The notes under the pieces: generated by a model | Databases searched by the model: none | What the model was told of the DNA's origin: nothing | The model's input: only the letters and a program-made list of their open reading frames with translations | Shown: piece by piece, positions 1 through 13,313 of the stretch | How positions within the stretch are numbered: the first letter of the stretch is position 1 | Layout: every line of letters begins with the position of its first letter | Program-made: the position numbers and the translations under genes | Assembly: GCF_037042905.1 (NCBI RefSeq) | Contig: NC_087250.1 | Span: 17,546,001-17,610,000 of the forward strand | From: Lytechinus pictus | Taxonomy: Eukaryota | DNA: 64,000 nucleotides | Direction: 5' to 3'

Positions 1-450
1 TTCGCTTATTTTCACAAAATAGTTACATGCACAATTTAGTCACATGCAAATGAGAGAATTGATGATGTCCTTTACTCACTATTTCCTTTGTTTTTTATTG
101 TTTGAATAATACAATATTTCATTTTTTTACAGATTTGACAAAAAGGACCAACTTGACTGAATCATATAGTATTAAACAATGCTAATTCCACATGTTCAGG
201 GAGGAATTAATCGTTGTTTTACTTGACAATGATGAGAAAATTAGAATATTTCATTTTCATATAATAAAATACAAAAGAAATAGAGAGTGGATGACGTCAT
301 CAATCTTCTCGTTTGCATACCGACCAGGATGTGCATATAAGTGTTTTGTGAAATCCGATTTTGATGAAATTTTCAGTGTATATGCTTGATCGATTTTTCT
401 TTTTTTTTTAATTCAAAAAAGCTTTTTGTTGGGGTGGACTTTTCATTTAA
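1..450. mobile_element. Partial TTAA-type MITE, same family as 38524-39107
   Basis: Internal sequence similar (inverted) to 38640-38990; ends ggggtggacttttcatttaa. Confidence 0.7.
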
Positions 451-665
451 TGGTGTTGAAGATCATGTTCTTGGTGATGTCATTTCTTTGTGGTAAGGGG
501 TGTGAAATTCCAGCATTTTTGTTGATTTAGCTATTTTTGTGCTTTTATTTTCAAGGTATTGTCAGCTTTTTCTATGCTTTTTCTGTAGGAAAGTATAAGA
601 ACTCTTGCAATATCAGCTAATATAAACTGAAGTAAACCATCAATTCTGCATCCTTCTTTTCGTAG

Positions 666-889
666 GTCAAACAGACAAATTCAAACTGGAAGTCCTTGAT
701 CTTGGGGAACTGGAGAAGATACGAATCGAGCACGACAACGCTGGCTTCAGCGCCGGCTGGCTCTGCGATCACGTCGAGATCATCAACTTGGCATCGGGTA
801 TGAGGACCATGTTCCCATGTCAGAAGTGGCTGGACAAGAAGAAGGGAGACGGAGAGCTCTTCAAAGAGTTATTCCCTGCAAAAGAATAG
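666..889 (+). CDS. LOXHD1: Last coding exon of lipoxygenase homology domain-containing protein 1 (C-terminal PLAT/LH2 domain)
   Basis: Polypyrimidine tract and tag acceptor ending at 665. Translation (G)QTDKFKLEVLDLGELEKIRIEHDNAGFSAGWLCDHVEIINLASGMRTMFPCQKWLDKKKGDGELFKELFPAKE* has PLAT motifs and resembles the vertebrate LOXHD1 C-terminus (LGELRKVRLEHD...WLDKKRGDG...LFP). Upstream exons lie outside the window. Confidence 0.85.
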
Positions 890-2807
890 GATTAAAATGT
901 GAGCGTGAATGCAGCCATTCTTATTCAATGGTAGTGTTCACACTGTCTTTGCTTGGGCATTTTTTGTCCTGATTAAAGTATAGAGGTCCCCTATTTTGAA
1001 GGGAGATAGATATCTTCATGAAGACTTAGAGTAAGAGGGATGCGGTTACCACTTAGTGCGCAGTGAAGTGAGCTGTGCAAAATGGACAAAATTCACCCCT
1101 TTTTTTAGCAGTTGCCCTATAAAAAAAAAAAAATTTTAATGGCTTTAAAACAATATGAGAAAACAGCTACAATTTGCCAATTTGTTAATTGTCTTACAGT
1201 TTGATGGTTTCATTTTTAAGATGCCCGGGATCAACAGAAAAATAGTCATGGATTTTTTTACTGCCGAAGAATGACATTAAATTATAATGTGAATGTACCC
1301 AAAGGATTTAAATGGGAGTATTCTCATTATTATTATTCCAACATGTCTTACCTCGGCCTGACAACGGTGGATCAATATTTCAAAGAACAACGTTCTAGTG
1401 CAATTTCATTTTATCAGTATATTCATGTACAGATAAAAAGTAGATGATGGCATTTTATGTGAAGAGTGTGATTAGACCAATAGGTTTTACATGGAAGTGT
1501 TCATACTAATCTTACACAATGTATATATGCATGTGGGAATGTAAGATTTCCCATTTTGTTAATACCAACAAGTACAAATAGATTCTTAGGTATAGTTCTA
1601 TGTACTACAATATACAATAAACGTCTTGAAAAGTACAATACTTTGACATTAGTACTTATTGGTACTTGTGTTGTGTTTTCTATATTTTGGATACCTTAAA
1701 TGAATGATTTTCAAATCATATGACAAGTGCTTTTTTTCTAAATTATTTCTGCCTTATTTTTAATATTAGGTATCATGAAAATTTTCAGGAAATGAAGACA
1801 TTTCCCTAATTCAGTTTCAATACTTTTTATGCCAAAAGATTATTTGTAAAACCGGTATTCAAATGTGATGTATTCTTATGCAGTATGTTGTGATGCACAA
1901 ATAATTATTTGCTGAATTGCTGCATTTTTTTTTTTCAAATTTGATTTTCTAGTCAGTAGTGGCTGAATGAATACTTATACGGGCATAAGATATATATATT
2001 TTTTTTAGTTTAGATTGTAAACGCTTTTTAGAGGTTTAACCAATATTTGGACATCGAGTCATTTTGGATATTTTTGTATTTCCCAGTAAGCTCTTCATTG
2101 TCTCCATCATATTCCATTCCATTTTCACGAATTTTATAGTCAACATGAATTTCTAAATTACAATGAAAATCTCTAATCTTACAATGAAAACATCTCTTCT
2201 TACAGTCAAAACCTATAGACGTACATCGAAATCTTAATTGAATTATTTTATCTTTCAAATTGTGTATTTCCTTCTTTCATTCTATCAAAAATACATTAGG
2301 AAATGTTGACTTATGATTATTCATGAATATTGTTATATATGAATGCACATAAATATTCCTATTTGAGTATATTATCATTTATGAATATTGATGAAGAACT
2401 GCCCTTCAAGCTTTGCATTAAAGATTCTATGTATTCATTTATGGTTTGAGTTTGTTTTGTATGACATTTTCTCATTTTGTCCTATTCTCCATCATATTCA
2501 TGTTCATTATAATCCATTTTGGAGCTTACTATTTCACCAAATAATAGCTGACAACTACTCAGGATTAATATTATTACATTTTATGTATATATAACACTGT
2601 ATCAAAACTTAAAATCTATTTTATTGTAAAGTAGTTCATTTGTACTGTCTATGTTTTGTATATATTCCAAGTAATGTTAGTGTATTATAGTCACCATACT
2701 TGTTACTTAAAAATGTATTTGACATTGTAAGGAAGTAGATTTTTATGTCATGTAAGTGGTCTGTCAAGACTTAGCCGATGACTTAAGGTAGATATGGATA
2801 ATTACAT

Positions 2808-3007
2808 GGGCAATTCCATAATAAAATCAACCAATTTTTATGTCCGACCCCCATTTTTCTCAAGTTGAACTTCACTTCATAAACTGACCAAGTCATGGTC
2901 ATTTGAGAGCATTACAGACTATCTAAAGAACAAAAAAACAGAGACAGAAAATTTCATGAAGGTCCCACATATAGGGGGTCGGACGTACATAATGTATGGA
3001 ATTGCCC
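2808..3007. mobile_element. MITE with 4-bp TSD (Sola2-like termini, tentative)
   Basis: TIR GGGCAATTCCATA / TATGGAATTGCCC; flanking direct repeat ACAT. Confidence 0.65.
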
Positions 3008-3087
3008 ACATGTTAAAAATGCTAGAATTGTAGTAATATGAATTTAATAATTATTAAGAAGATTTCTCTGCCTTTAGGGATAACTAA

Positions 3088-3248
3088 TACCTTGGTCACA
3101 TTTGCTCTACGGCGGCCGTACGGCGAGTTGAAAACAGCCGTTATATTAATTTTGATTCAAACCACCTAAATGTAGTTGGACAAAAAATGTTAAAACGGTT
3201 GTTTTCGACTCGCCGTACGGCCGCCGTAGAACAAATGTGACCATGGTA
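3088..3248. mobile_element. Palindromic MITE (Harbinger-like)
   Basis: ~55-bp arms taccttggtcacatttgctctacggcggccgtacggcgag... / ...ctcgccgtacggccgccgtagaacaaatgtgaccatggta; TAA/TTA flanks. Confidence 0.8.
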
Positions 3249-5625
3249 TTAGCTAGCATATCTTATTATCTGTAGAATATATATATATTTTTTAATTCAT
3301 TCCTTTTGAAGATTGCTGATGAAACCTTGAGTTTTGGGTGTTCCTTTTGAGCAGGACAAAACACACCATACAAGAGATGGAATGTGTAACTTGAATTGAT
3401 GTGATATTGATTGATGTTAAGTGTTGTAATTTGTTATGTGTCGTGAATTACATTCCAATTATTTGTAATCTGAGATTAATATATTTGATTTGTAAATATA
3501 TTTTGAAATTCTTCGATATTTTTTAATGTTCAGTAGTTCTAGGCAGTATGATAGGCAGGACTCTAAAGAAAATTTATCATGATGATGATGGTAATCATGT
3601 TTTTGTCATGGCTCAAACTACTGCAATTTGAACTTTCAGTATGTTGCTAGAGCTAGTCTTGTAAATTAAAGAGATAGTACATTTCTTTTGTTAGTGACCC
3701 CCTCTCCCCCTTCTCTCCCTTTCTCTCTCTCTCTGTCTCTACATCTCTTACTGTCTCGATCTCTGTATATCTTTACCTATCTATCTCTTTTATTATTGAG
3801 AATGCATGTATGTCATTTCTTAAGAATTTGAGTTAAATGCTTATTTTTTTATTAGTGAAGTTATTCATTTGGTAGCAAATATATGTAGTCTTTTTCAAGG
3901 TTTAACTTAGCAACTGAAATATTTTTGTTACTTTTTATCATATATGTCAAAATATTTATGAAAGCATTAGAAATGTATTCTGACTTTTTAAATATTTCCA
4001 GTCTGTCTGCCAAAATTTCAAAATGGAAATTGTTTACATATTTGGTTTGCTTTCGGTCTATTTCAGAACGGTTTGAAATATATGTTTTTATTTTTGTTTA
4101 GTAAATGTTTGATCTATATATATATATATGTTGTTTGGTATCTTAGGGGGCAGGAAGAGGTTTGTAGATATTCTTCATGTCCACACAGTTTTGTAGAAAT
4201 TTGTTTCCTAATAATTGCAATGTAAGAGAATGCAAGAAAATATATACATTGTAATTCATTCTAATTTTAGTCCCCAGAAGTCTAAGTGATAACGCACTGT
4301 GTATGTGTATGTTGTTGACTTGTTGGGGGTGTTTCTGTTTTTACTTTTTTTATATTTGGTTGATATTACATGTTCCTGTAAATTTTGACAATGAAGTTAA
4401 TTTATTGCTTGTGATAAAGTTATGATAAGGAGAAATTCTTACACTATAATTAGTGAGCTTCTGGGTGATGTTATAAAGTTTCATTCAAATTATTTTGTAA
4501 CCGATAAAGCTTCTTTTGCTCTTCAAATCGGCAACAGTCACTAATACTTTTTCCATTCATTCCATACTTGAAAAGAAAATATATTGAACAAAATATTGCC
4601 AATTTGCACTTATAAATAGTGATTTGTTATTTGCATTGAGTTGCCAATTTAGAATGTGTAATAATTCTCGCTTTGATTGGTCAAGTGGCTTTTATTCAGT
4701 ATATTGCAATGGAATTGATTTCAAATTTTTGGCATATATTTCCCCTTTTTATTATGAGTGCTAGTATTGAAGATAAAGGAAAAAATGTCTCAAAATGGAT
4801 ACTGTATGGTGTACTTAAAACATATGCTGAACTGTCTTGAAATGTTTGACTTAGTAACCTTGGCCACAGATTGTGATAAAAATTTAACGTAAATTCAACT
4901 CAGGTACAGTAATTTACCTTACCAAGAATTTTTTTTTAATTCATTCATATTTTCATGTCTATGTATTATAGAGAGTGCTTAAGGTTGTGAGTTTTCCACT
5001 GTAATAGACTTGATATATTTTCTGGAAGAATGCAAATGATTTTAGAATATAAGATGGTGTAAATTATTAGTGGTAGTACATTCCAAATAGAAAGCCATGA
5101 TGAATGATATGCATTTTCAAGAGGTAAAGATCAGAGAGCTTTAGTGGTACAGGTTTCGTGATCCATTTCTTTATGGGCTGAATTTCCTTCCGTTATGCAA
5201 ATATTTGTGACCAAAAGTAATTAAATTCCATTTATATTCATTGGGAAGAGTTTTTATTTGCATCAAGTTTGGATAAATTAATTGTAGTCCATCAAGTATG
5301 TTACAAATAATTGGTTTCCCGGTATTTCTCTGTATTGTAGTATTTTGCTAATAGATGAAATGTAATCATATCAACAAAAATTGAAATTGATCTTATACTT
5401 GGACAAGATGTAAAATTTTTATTTTTTTTAATGATGGTTCAAGAAGATCAAATTTTAGTTATTTATTGGATTTTGTGCCAAAGGTGTGTCAACAAAATGT
5501 GAATTTTTGTTGGTTATATGAAAAAATGTCCATAAGTTAATTTTTATATATTTTTTAAAATGTTTCCCTTATTCAAGTAAGTCTAGGTTGCTTGGGTTTT
5601 TTTAGGACAAAGCACAGGACTGATG

Positions 5626-5801
5626 TAGTCTGCAGACACAGACCCTGATTGAAACTTTGCTTAACAAGTGGGTCTCCACACAAAGACTAGCACATGTAAA
5701 ACTTGCTGTTTCAATTGAGCGAGAGGACCTTCAGTACACAAGGCATTATAGGCTGCACATTCAGACCCTTAACTCGAGTGAAGGGTCTGCACAGTAGACT
5801 A
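5626..5801 (+). mobile_element. TAGTCTGC-ended MITE with 9-bp TSD (copy 1)
   Basis: TAGTCT...AGACTA ends; GGACTGATG on both sides; homologous to 18712, 26182 and 63725. Confidence 0.8.
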
Positions 5802-6276
5802 GGACTGATGTGTATGTAGGAACCATTATTGGTTGATATCAATCGTATTTTATTGTGTATTTAGAATCCCTAAAGGCTCGTAGACAAGCCCATATAGTAT
5901 ATTACATTTGGTAACATAATTCTGACATTAACCTAAGTGATGATCCAACTCTAATATGTCAATCATGTAGTAAAACAAAATGATAAAAACCTCTTTTTAT
6001 TCCTTTTAAAGGAATTTTTCAATGTTGTACATTTTATAGCTTTTGGACAATGAATTGATTATTGTGTGATTTTATCCTGTATTATACCGTTTGTATGATT
6101 CCATTATTGTACTGTGGAATATGATTATAGTTCTATGGTGTCTTGATAGTATATATACGTGGATAGTACTGTTTTGTAAATGAAGTAAATGACTCTACAC
6201 TTATTGTGTTTGTGTTCTATATTTGTATGATTTTGCCTGTAAGATTTAAAAGAGGATACCGTCTATAGGCTATTAA

Positions 6277-7046
6277 AGGGAAGTCCACATTAATAATAAG
6301 TCGCATGCAGGGGAGGATCCAGGATTTTCCAAAAGGGGGGGCACAATTTCTCAAGGAAAATTTGACAAGCCCCCCCCCCCCAAAAAAAAAAAAAAGTTTT
6401 CACCCAAAATTTAAGGTCATTTCATCCAACAAAAATTTGACAAGCCCCCCCCCCCCCCAGAAAAAAATGGCATATTTACATTGCAAATTTTGATTATGCC
6501 TATCAAAGGGGGGGGTACGGGCTGGATGTGCCTCCTGGATCCGCCACTGGTCGCATGTGTTATAAAAGCAGAAATAAAGAAAGTTTTGTTGATCTTGTGA
6601 AAATTCATGAGAGAATTATGAATTTTTAAAGTTTGTAATTTGTGATACATATCTGAGCAGCTTCCCCTTGTATCATGTAATACAAATCCCATGAATTCCT
6701 GTTTTAATGGAGTATGATAGAGAAGATTTGAAATAATAATATAGGTATCTTTACCCAGGGAAGCCACTTCAGTTCTGAAAACTGTTCTCCCAGCGATGTG
6801 TCTGATGATATATCCACTACACAAATTAAATCCCTTTCAACTTTCTGATTATAAAACTGCACTCAAAATAAAATTATATCATATACGACACATGCATGGA
6901 GGAGCTGTTCATTTGAGACATCACAAAATCAACATTACAAATTTATACCTTATTCCTTTACATTATTTCATCACGCTGTCACCAATATCTTTCTCATATT
7001 TTTCTGCTTTTGTTAAAACAAACTTATCATTAGGGTGAACTTCCCA
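6277..7046. mobile_element. TTAA-flanked Kolobok-like MITE with nested insertions
   Basis: ttaa-agggaagtccacattaataataag ... ttatcattagggtgaacttccca-ttaa; related to 46130-46604. Confidence 0.7.
6308..6549. mobile_element. hAT-like MITE nested in 6277-7046
   Basis: CAGGGGAGGATCCAGGA...TCCTGGATCCGCCACTG; 8-bp TSD GTCGCATG. Confidence 0.85.
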
Positions 7047-7354
7047 TTAAAACCCTTGTATCTCAGAATTTTAGAATTTGAAGGCAGCTCAGAAATGGCA
7101 ACCGTACATTATATGAAAACAGTCTCCCAATTTCTTCAAAGAATGCTTTCAAGGCCAACGAGACTTGCCACTTCATTCAACTCTATATTCTTTTCTGAGC
7201 TTACTGTCCTTAAGTTTGATAAAAAAAAAATATATATATTTAAATGGGGAAAAATGACTTACAAGGTTTTTACAGCCCACCAATTATATATTTTCTTTGT
7301 TTTGTGGCACGGGGCAGAGCTAGATGTTGAAAATTTCTAAATAATTTCTATATG

Positions 7355-7760
7355 GGGAGGGGGGTTAAAATTAAAGGAATGATATAGATCAACTTTGAGA
7401 ATTGGGAGGATAGATGATGAGTGGAGAGCCTGTCTGAAATTGGTGTAGATAGGAAGGGGGAAGGAAGAAATTGATAGAGAAACAGAAGGGATAGATTATG
7501 AGAGAGAGAGATGGGGTAAAGAAGGAGGGGGGAAGACAGGACACTAAAAGGTACAGAAAGAGAGGGAGCGAGATATATGGGAGATCAAAAGAGAGATTGA
7601 TGGAGAGAGAAGGAAAATCAGGATGAAGAGAGCGAGTGTGTTTGAGAGTAGAGAAAAATGATTCATGAGCATATCGGAAAAAGAGGAGGAAAGGGAGAAA
7701 GGAAAAGAAGAGGTTGGAAGAAGGGAGGGAAATAGAAAAAGGGCGAGGTTCAAGATGAAT
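7355..7760. repeat. Purine-rich (GA) low-complexity tract
   Basis: G/A-dominated sequence immediately upstream of the COA7 promoter region. Confidence 0.8.
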
Positions 7761-7892
7761 AATGTGGAGCGAACTACCGCAGATGGCGCTATTCCAATTG
7801 CGTAATTTTGTGTATTATGGAATCATCACGAAGTCGAAGCAGACGAAATTCTGTTTTCTCCCGGATTTTCTCCACCAAAGGAATTAGTAACG

Positions 7893-7995
7893 ATGTTTGC
7901 CGTTGACTTTAAAAATGAGGATGAAGTCAAAGATTACATCAAGAATGTTGGAACAGAATATAGTTTTCAGTGCTACAAGGAAAAAACGCCTGATG
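7893..7995 (+). CDS. COA7: Cytochrome c oxidase assembly factor 7, exon 1
   Basis: ATG at 7893; [34 protein letters not shown](G); G|GTAAG donor. Resembles the COA7 N-terminus VDFQDEEQVK...CYHEKDPDG. Confidence 0.93.
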
Positions 7996-9416
7996 GTAAG
8001 AAAATTGTTTAGTCCCGTCATCACGGGCTGCTCAGCTCAGCGAGACGCCGGTTATCAATGAGGCCGCCAGATCTGGCCACTCTTTAGACTTTACTATCGG
8101 TGTCTGTACCGCTGCCTGAGGCTGAGACTGAAGTAGACAGCTTGCAGCCGTCTGTTTCGAGGAGTTTTTTCACATTTTTCTTTTTTTAATTTCTCCTCAT
8201 ACACAGACGGCTCACTAGCGTGCAGCCACCATTAGGGGACTTGCAATGCAAAATCCCCCCGTCTGGGCTCTTCAATTTTTGTCTTTAATGAATAAATTTT
8301 TTGAAAATTAACACGACCAAAATGCATTAATTGCCAAAAAACAGAGAAAAATCAAGTTAAAAGGAACAAAAACAGTGACTTACCTCGGCTGTCACGCAAA
8401 TTCACTTCCCCGTTTTATCAAATCTAGTTAAGTACATAAACATATGGCCATTGAGTCCCCTGTACAGATCGCGCTAGAACTTCGGTCTCTGTATTTGGTG
8501 AGTGAAGCCAACAGAGTTCAGCTGAACAACCAACATAACAGAGACCGAAGCTTTTGGTCTAAGACTGAAGCAGCTTTTGATGCACGCGCACTGCCACTGG
8601 CTGCTGCTACTGAGTACTAGTGGCAGTGCATAGTCATAGACATAGTGCTAGAGCTAGCTGCAGTGCAACTGCTTCATTGTCTGCAATGTAGGTTTTAGTT
8701 ACTCATTCAATGAACAAGGTAGTTTTAGTTAGATCCTATTGGCATGCCGATCCTATTTTCGTTTGAATACGTGTGTGTGACTTTCTCTGTGAAGAATGAT
8801 CATGATTGTGAATATGTTAATGTATTCATTCAGACATAACATTTAGGGCATATTAATTTTTTAATGATATGTCTATTCAAAATCAATGAATTAAAATTAA
8901 TTATTTTGTCCAACTTATTGGATTTGGAATCGATCTCCATTTTCTTCAGACTTCCTGTTATAACGTTGGCTATTCCCATTCCCCATCTCTCTATTTGTAT
9001 TCTTCATTTTTCATGACTTCCCCCTTTTTCCTTATCCTCTTGGGTTTATCCTAGCTGTTGGCCAGTAAACAGTCATATTTTTTTTTCAGTTATGAATTGA
9101 ATAGGTGTCTGGTGTGTGTTCCATTGAAATCATTCCTGATAATTTATTCCAATAAAAAATTTTAACTTCAAATCCCACTGCAGCATTCCTCTTAACTTGT
9201 CATTTGGCTTTAATTGGCAAAGCGTTTACATTTTCCACTCTCCACCCAGGCCCAGGTGTATTAATAGATTTACAGTAAAAAGCACTTGAAATATTTACAG
9301 AAGCAGTATAAAAATATTACATTATTGTTATTATTATTATAATTATCATCATCATCATCACCATCACCATCATCTAGTATGCCTCCGTCTTTCACCTTCT
9401 CTCGTCTTTAATGCAG

Positions 9417-9557
9417 GTTGTTACAGACTTGGGGATTTCTTTTCTGCCGTGAAGAAGGATTTCTCCCAGGCAGCCAAGGCTTATCAGATGAGCTGTGATG
9501 ACTTCAACCACCCGAGGGGGTGCAGCAAAACTGGAGCTTATTATCTTCATGGAAAAG
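9417..9557 (+). CDS. COA7: COA7 exon 2 (Sel1-like repeats)
   Basis: tgcag acceptor; (G)CYRLGDFFSAVKKDFSQAAKAYQMSCDDFNHPRGCSKTGAYYLHGK(G); G|GTACAT donor; phases 1/1 are consistent. Confidence 0.93.
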
Positions 9558-9592
9558 GTACATTGGTTTTACCAAAGTTAGTGGGGCATTAG

Positions 9593-9972
9593 CAGTGGCG
9601 TACCTCGGATTTTCCACAGGGGGGGCAAAACCGTCCGCCAAAAAATTTGACAAGCAAAAAAAAAAAAAAAAAAAAAGGTCTTCGATCACAAATAAAGGAT
9701 TACGTACCAGAAAAAAATTGACAAACAAAAAAAAAGGTCTTCGATCACAAATAAAGGATTTCGTACCAGAAAAAAATTGACAAGCAAAAAAAAAAAAAAA
9801 AAGGTCTTCAAGCTCGTCAGGGGGGCATTGAAGGTCTTAAAGCTCGTCAGGGGGGCAAAAAAGGTTTTTCAAGCCCGTCAGGGGGGGGCAAAGATACGTT
9901 TTTGCATTGGGTTGTGACTCGTCAGGGGGGGCAGAGTGCCCCCCCTGCCCCCCCCCCGTAGGTACGCTAGTG
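9593..9972. mobile_element. hAT-like MITE in COA7 intron 2
   Basis: CAGTGGCGTACCT...AGGTACGCTAGTG; 8-bp TSD GGCATTAG; internal tandem repeats (ctcgtcagggggg; tttgacaagcaaaa). Confidence 0.85.
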
Positions 9973-10255
9973 GGCATTAGCTTTCCTGGGGAATATATTA
10001 TTTTTTGCTGTCTCGAAACTTTGTATAAAAAAAAGCATTGGAAATGCCTCTAACAGGGACTTCTTTTGGGGAATTCAAGCAAACTCAGTGTTCTAGGGAG
10101 ATATCTTTGACCAAGCCTCATTATCATAGCTTTGGGCAATAGTGTCGGGCCAGGGAAAGTGAATTTAAAAGTTAGCGTAATTGAGGCATCAAGATTTATC
10201 GCTAGCAAACATTATGAGATGCCTCTGGACTGTAATGTGTGCTAGTCATAAACCT

Positions 10256-10532
10256 TGGGCCCCGTCTTACAAAGAGATATGATTGATTGATCCAATCAAT
10301 CGCAACCATGGAAAGCCAGCAAAGTCAACATATAAAATGCATGTTTGCTCAAAAAAAATTCTAGATGAATGTATATCCATAAATTAATTGATTTCTTCAC
10401 AGTTCAGTGTGTTCTCCTTTGTTTGCAAAGGGCATTTTGCACATTTCCTGTAGAAAAAAGTATGACACTGATGGATTTCCGTAGAGTTACGATTGATTGG
10501 ATCAATTGTAACTCTTTGTAAGACGGGGCCCA
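10256..10532. mobile_element. Harbinger-like MITE (second copy at ~41284-41556)
   Basis: TGGGCCCCGTCTTACAAAGAG / CTCTTTGTAAGACGGGGCCCA TIRs. Confidence 0.8.
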
Positions 10533-10832
10533 GATCTACCATGGTTAGACTATGTGCGATTTTTATCAAAATGGTGTCAAACTAGGATTAAGGTATCCAA
10601 AAGTGGTCTGTAGACATTGCACCTAGATGTGTAATGTTTTTAATAGAAATGGAATAGAAAATAGAGATATGAAAAATGGTAATACCTCATACTATATAAA
10701 GTTAAAGGGTAATGAACTATGTAAGATAATTTAATGTAATTCCTGTTTATGTTCTATACATATACCTGAATAGTTCAAATAGGCTTAATTATGAAATTTA
10801 AGTTTCATTTCAATTATCTTCAAATAATGCAG

Positions 10833-11293
10833 GTTTTGAGAAGGACAGAGAGAAGGCGCTTCATTACTTCATCAAAGGCTGTAACCTAGGCAATCAAGAC
10901 GCTTGCTTTGGGGCTGGATCTGTTCTCATGTCTTCCAAGAATGGCACTAGTACCCCAGACTCCACTTTAAAACAAGACAGGGATAAAGGCCTCAAGCTGC
11001 TCGAGACTGCATGTAAAAAGGATCACCAGGCTAGCTGTTTCAACCTGAGTGCTGTCTACATCAAGGGGTTGAGCGGAGTGGAGAAGGATATGAAGAGAGC
11101 GATTGAGTATTCAACACGGAGCTGCGAACTGGGGCACATGTACGGTTGCGTGAACGCAAGCAGGATGTATAAACTGGGGGATGGCATCCCAAAGGATGAA
11201 GCCTTGGCGATTAAATTCAAGGAGAGGGCGAAGACGCTACATGAGGAAGCCCAGGAAGTGAATAGGCAGCTTCAGTTTGGTCAGACGTCATGA
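10833..11293 (+). CDS. COA7: COA7 exon 3 (terminal, Sel1-like repeats)
   Basis: tgcag acceptor; ...SCFNLSAVYIKG...SCELGHMYGCVNASRMYKLGDGIPKDEALA...QLQFGQTS*, matching COA7 ACANASRMYKLGDG. Confidence 0.95.
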
Positions 11294-11304
11294 TCAAAGA
11301 CCTT

Positions 11305-11489
11305 CAGGGGTGTGAGAGTTCAGATTTTTAGCTGATTTCTGATTTTTTGTTGTTTGATTTTCAGCTTAATTTCAGCTTATTTTTGGCTTTCCTCTGTACA
11401 AAAAGTATGGGAGCTCTTTCTATTTCAGATTTTTTCGACACCCTTCAGCTTTTTTCAGATCTTTTTATTTGTGACCACTCACACCCCAG
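11305..11489 (+). mobile_element. CAGGGGTGTGAG MITE in the COA7 3' UTR
   Basis: TIR cagggg tgtgag / ctcacaccccag; GACCTT on both flanks; copies at 13879, 40333 and 52404. Confidence 0.82.
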
Positions 11490-12563
11490 GACCTTGCCAT
11501 TCACTAGTCCGAAGGTGACTCTGCGTATAAAGTCAAATCTCTGGAGACTACGAAATTCTGTTCAACTTGAATGAAATCAAACTTAGATGTTATCGTTTTG
11601 CCTATTCTGGTCTGAAATAATGCTTCGATTTAGACGATTATGGGACTTACGAAGAACGGCTTTGGCAGAGTTTTCTTTATTATGAACTTTTTGTATGTGC
11701 ATGTACATGTAAGTAGTATAATCTAGACGGAGGCTGCAGTGATAACTTTGCTGTTGCAGGAAAAGTAAGCGATGTGTCTGATGCGGCAAGACTACAGAGG
11801 ATGAGAAGCAACTACCAGCTTAACCCCATCGTGTTGCTCAAGTTGTTTTTTCCTTATATCAAACGTAATGCGGTTCAGGTTGTTCATTTTTAAAGAAAAT
11901 TTCACTAGTAATTAGTAATTTTGTCAATTAAAGGAATACAAAATCAAGACAGAAGTGTATAAGAGATGGCCTCAGCCACAGTTTGTAGCCTCGTCCTATC
12001 GGACATATCGCTTTGGTTTCGCATCTAACAGCATCAGACTGTTAAATACAAAGAAAATAGTTGCAGTCTCTACCTACATTACAGGCTATCTTTAAACCAA
12101 TGAGCAAAAATTGGAACGATTTAAAGAGGAATTACCCCCTTACCAGATTTTTATCTGAAAAGTAAGGTGAAATTCATCTTTAACACTTTGTATAGATTTG
12201 TGTGAGTGTTTTGGGAACATATTAGCCAGGCCTAAATGATGCATCTTAGAGTCGATCGACAGTTTGTTTGCAATTGATCATTACAACTTTTAACATCATT
12301 TCTTTCATATTAGTGGCCCATGTTCGGAGTTCAATGGGAGGGGGGGTCACAAAGATGTGTGACTAAACATTGCATGTATATTCTCAGTTACATATGATTA
12401 TGGCAGATAATATATTACCGCATATGTATGCCTTTTCATTTTTTCCCTTCCTTTATAGTGCCCAATTAAATAATGGCCTTACCTCTATGAATTATTAATT
12501 CGAGCCCTGCTAGACCATATAAGGAATGATCCAACCTACATTGGACAAAGTGGGTATACACTA

Positions 12564-12869
12564 TGGCCCGTATTCTGAAGTCGGGTTTAACTTAAACTCA
12601 GGTTTAAAGTTGTGGTTTAACTATGGAGAGCCAATTGGGGCACGAATCCCTAACAGTAAACATTCAATTTATTAACTCATATGACATCCAAATTGTTCAT
12701 AATTGTCTTGGAATGATAACGGAAGTATTTTTCTTCATTATGAAATGCTAAATGAAACAAAATAGTAAACATAGGTAATATAAAATATAAACAGAATTTT
12801 TGGCTCCCGATAATTTTAGCACAGAGTTAGACCGTGGTCTAAGTTAAACCTGACTTCACAATACGGGCC
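12564..12869. mobile_element. Harbinger-like MITE
   Basis: ggcccgtattctgaagtcgggtttaactta / taagttaaacctgacttcacaatacgggcc; disrupted relative at ~24370-25110. Confidence 0.78.
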
Positions 12870-13313
12870 TATAGGTTTAAAGAGACAACTGGTTGTCAAT
12901 GATAGAATGAGTGTTCATTGTCATGTCACTGACAGTGTGTTTTAATAAGATGAAAATTCATTGAATTGATAATAAACTGTTTGAATTTATTTAAAGCAAG
13001 ATCAAGTTATATCATTTCATTATACATGATGTATAGATATGTGTACAAAGCAAGTGGTATAATATTGAAGATTCAAAGAAATTCTGGCCAGCACCCAGTA
13101 AAGGAGATTGTAAACTCAATCTGAAAAATAAGTCAGAATTTTTTTTGGGACCAGCGGGACTTTAATCTTTCATCACTGGTCCATTCATGGCTCATTCACA
13201 ATAATATACAAATATCTCAGTACCTCCGATTTACTGTACATGTGCAAGCCAGAAATATGAGTCTTCAGTGTCGTACTTCCTAAGCTATCCTTAACATTCA
13301 AAGTGGTATATTG

